Assembly: GCA_016782825.1 (NCBI GenBank)
Contig: JADHXT010000002.1
Span: 1-37,016, forward strand
DNA length: 37,016 nucleotides
Source: Candidatus Brocadiia bacterium
GTDB taxonomy: Bacteria > Planctomycetota > PUPC01 > DSUN01
Direction: 5' to 3'
Shown: in pieces, positions 34,726 through 37,016 of the stretch
Position numbering within the stretch: the stretch's first letter is position 1
Layout: the number at the start of each line of letters is the position of its first letter
Position numbers and translations under genes: made by a program
Notes under the pieces: generated by a model
Seen by the model: the letters and a program-made list of their open reading frames with translations, nothing else
Databases searched by the model: none
Told to the model about the DNA's origin: nothing

Positions 34726-35643
34726 ATGGCCAAGGAACCGCAGTGGAGCCGGCTGGCGTGGCAGGGCATCGCCTTCGACGTGCCCGCCGACTGGTGCCCC
34801 GGGCAGCTTCAGGGCGACTGGGATACCGGCTACCTGCGCGTGGAAGACGAGCTGAACGTCCGCCTCGAGCTGCGCTGGGAAACCCTCGGGCGGCGCACGG
34901 CCACGGCCTCCGCCCTGGTGGACAACTTTCTTCGCCAGACCCAGAAGAAGCTCCGCCGCGGCGAGGCCCAGCCACAGGTCGTCCGCGACCGCTCCGTGCC
35001 GCAGCTCTCCGCCCACGACCACGAGGTGTTCACCTGGCGCGGCAGCTACCACGCACACAGCCTGATGCTCGTGTGCGGCGACACGCGGCGGGTGGTGCAC
35101 CTGCGGGTGTTCTTTGAGCCTGGCAACGAGCTCAAGAGCCTCACGCGGCACGTCTTTGCCAGCGCGACCTCGGGAGCTCGCGACGGCTTGGCGGAATGGA
35201 ACGTGTTCGACTTCGTCTTCCGCCTGGCACCCGACTGGCGGCTCCAGACGAGCGGCCTGAAGACGGGCTGCCTCCAGCTCGCGTTTCGCGACGGCCGCGA
35301 CGACCTCGAGGTGACGCGCTTCAGCCTGGCGGAGATCGTGCTCCGGCGGGCACCGATGGACGAGTGGTTCCGGGGGCAGTTTGCCAAGGCGCTCAAGGGC
35401 TTCCGCACCACGCTGGCCGAGGAAGCCTACCGCGAGCACGCCTCGCTCCGATGCACGGGCATGCTGCGGGCGCGGAGCCGCCCCTTCGGGCTGCTGCGGC
35501 GCCGCCGCTATGTGACCGCACGGCTGTGGCACTGCCCCGAGTGCGACAAGCTGTTTGCCGTGCGTCTCGTGGGCGACGTGCCCGACGACAGCCGCGTGGA
35601 CGCCATCGCCGACACCGTGGTGTGTCACGGCCACGAGGAGTGA
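34726..35643 (+). CDS. hypothetical cytoplasmic protein with apparent internal duplication and C-terminal Cys/His cluster
   Basis: ATG follows GGAGAG, and codon bias is typical of the window. No signal peptide or TM helix. The tail reads WHCPECDKLF...VVCHGHEE. Confidence 0.6.
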   Translation: MAKEPQWSRLAWQGIAFDVPADWCPGQLQGDWDTGYLRVEDELNVRLELRWETLGRRTATASALVDNFLRQTQKKLRRGEAQPQVVRDRSVPQLSAHDHEVFTWRGSYHAHSLMLVCGDTRRVVHLRVFFEPGNELKSLTRHVFASATSGARDGLAEWNVFDFVFRLAPDWRLQTSGLKTGCLQLAFRDGRDDLEVTRFSLAEIVLRRAPMDEWFRGQFAKALKGFRTTLAEEAYREHASLRCTGMLRARSRPFGLLRRRRYVTARLWHCPECDKLFAVRLVGDVPDDSRVDAIADTVVCHGHEE

Positions 35644-35712
35644 CTCCCGGCCGAGCCGGGCAGTGTTCGTCGCCTGATCCGTTCGCTCCCTTGGGCAGGA
35701 GGCCCGGCCTCT

Positions 35713-36108
35713 GTGGCACTGCGTCGCCGACCCAACACGCTTTCGCGGGAGCAGTCGCTGGGCTCGATCCCGCTGCGCAACGAGGCCATCGAGGTGGCGC
35801 CCACCGAGGACGGCAGCGTGCGGCTCATCATCCCGCGGCGCGAGACCCGGTGGGTGAAGGCCCTCAGCCGCCTGTTCACCATCCCGGAACGGCGGCCCCT
35901 GACGCTCGACGAGATCGGCAGCTTCGTGTGGAACCTGTGCGACGGCCAGCACACCGTCCGCCAGATTGTCAAAGCCCTGTGTGGCCGCTACCGCCTGCAC
36001 CGCAAGGAAGCCGAGGTTTCCGTCGTTACCTACTTGCGCCAACTGGCCAAACGCGGCATCATAGGGATCGCCGTGGCCCGAGCGCCGAAGGAGAACGCGC
36101 CGTCCTGA
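35713..36108 (+). CDS. PqqD-family protein (RiPP-recognition-element-like)
   Basis: LDEIGSFVWNLCDGQHTVRQIVKALCGRYRLHRKEAEVSVVTYLRQLAKRGII matches the PqqD consensus pattern. GTG 35713 lies 10 nt after AGGAGG. Confidence 0.7.
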   Translation: MALRRRPNTLSREQSLGSIPLRNEAIEVAPTEDGSVRLIIPRRETRWVKALSRLFTIPERRPLTLDEIGSFVWNLCDGQHTVRQIVKALCGRYRLHRKEAEVSVVTYLRQLAKRGIIGIAVARAPKENAPS

Positions 36109-36143
36109 GCCACGCCACCGCACGTTGCCGGAGTGAATCATAG

Positions 36144-37016
36144 ATGAGCGAGAAACCGACATCCGCCCGAGACACCGGGGGACGCATCGGCAAGCAGGTC
36201 ATGCTGCCGTGGAGCAAGGCCATCGAGATCGCGGCCAAGAGCGTGCAGGTGCGCTTCTGGCGCTCCATGATTACCATGAGCAGCATCGTGCTCGCCATCG
36301 CCTTTCTCATGTCCATCTGGACTTCCACCGCCATCGTCGCCAGCCTCGGCACAGGCCCCGGCAAGGACCTCGGCGTCCTCAAGGCCAAGCTCAAAGCCCT
36401 GCGCGACGCCGGCGACGATGCCGCCAAGCGACAGGCCGCGGTCCAGGAACTCCCCCGCGACGTGACCGCCGGCGCCGCCGCCGTGGCCGAGGCCATCGAC
36501 GACCTGAACGACGAGCTCGAGGATGCAAAGAAGAAGGACGAGAAGACCAAGCTCCAGGCGCAGATCGACAAGCTCCAGGCGCTGCTGAAGCCCGACGCCA
36601 CGTTCGGCCTCCTCGAGCACCACCTGACCAACGAACGCGCCCGCATGCAGCGTGTCAAGGGCGAAGTGGATGCCATCCTCCAGCAGGAGCGCAGCGGCGA
36701 CAGCAGCGCCACCACCGCCATCGAGGCCGACGAGCCCGACGCGTCGGAGCCCAAGCCGGCGCCCACCGGCGGCGGCCTGCTCACCGACTTCCTGAGCCAG
36801 ATGACCCCCACGGACAAGTGGCTGGCCATCCTCGCCCTGCTCGTGTGCTTCGTGGGCATCGTGAACGCCATGTTCATGACCGTGCAGGAGCGCTTCCGGG
36901 AGATCGGCACGATGAAATGCCTCGGCGCGCTCGACGCCTTCATCGTCAAGATATTTCTCATCGAGTCCGCGGCCCTCGGCCTGCTGGGCACGATCTTCGG
37001 CATCCTCGTCGGCCTG
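36144..37016 (+). CDS. FtsX/MacB-type ABC transporter permease, 3'-truncated by the window edge
   Basis: Not in the ORF track because no stop is reached. I translated it by hand from ATG 36144 (after GGAG). It has an N-terminal VRFWRSMITMSSIVLAIAFL TM helix, and later VQERFREIGTMKCLGALDAFIVKIFLIESAALGLLG (FtsX domain signature). Confidence 0.8.
   Translation, partial: MSEKPTSARDTGGRIGKQVMLPWSKAIEIAAKSVQVRFWRSMITMSSIVLAIAFLMSIWTSTAIVASLGTGPGKDLGVLKAKLKALRDAGDDAAKRQAAVQELPRDVTAGAAAVAEAIDDLNDELEDAKKKDEKTKLQAQIDKLQALLKPDATFGLLEHHLTNERARMQRVKGEVDAILQQERSGDSSATTAIEADEPDASEPKPAPTGGGLLTDFLSQMTPTDKWLAILALLVCFVGIVNAMFMTVQERFREIGTMKCLGALDAFIVKIFLIESAALGLLGTIFGILVGL

Noticed and set aside
36059-37003. 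314-aa minus-strand ORF at the right edge
   Set aside because: The plus-strand frame from ATG 36144 carries an unmistakable FtsX-domain signature and MacB-type N-terminal TM helix. The antisense translation is Ser/Ala/Arg-rich with no motif.

Overview
Very GC-rich bacterial chromosomal segment. Third codon positions are almost all G/C, so every strand carries long spurious ORFs. By reading frame plus recognisable motifs I can support about 32 genes. Gene starts mostly have AGGAG-type Shine-Dalgarno sites, and several intergenic regions have sigma70-like TTGACA/TATAAT promoters. Left to right: a 5'-truncated unknown gene; an MNT/HEPN pair; two tandem paralogous secreted parallel-beta-helix proteins with CBM9-like tails; uvrC with a translationally coupled small membrane protein; an MFS transporter; a DICT-like protein; leuC-leuD-FmdB zinc ribbon-SPL-like radical SAM; a tight minus-strand string alaC-rnfC-rnfD-rnfG-scpB-folP; a PEP-CTERM protein; a TAT-signal Gfo/Idh/MocA oxidoreductase; a small compositionally atypical two-ORF unit; a sulfatase; a hom...serA string that also holds degenerate GcvPA-like, GcvPB-like and purple-acid-phosphatase-like genes; ald; and, at the right edge, an orphan protein, a PqqD-family protein and a 3'-truncated FtsX/MacB-type permease. 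I saw no rRNA, tRNA, CRISPR array, transposase or integrase. No single obvious novel system stands out. The best candidates for follow-up are: (1) the three apparently catalytically dead enzyme homologues embedded in the hom-serA operon, (2) the PqqD/FtsX locus cut by the window edge, (3) the self-contained low-GC3 small-protein unit at 24.1-24.7 kb, and (4) the rnfCDG-only cluster. All homology statements are by-eye motif recognition, not database searches.
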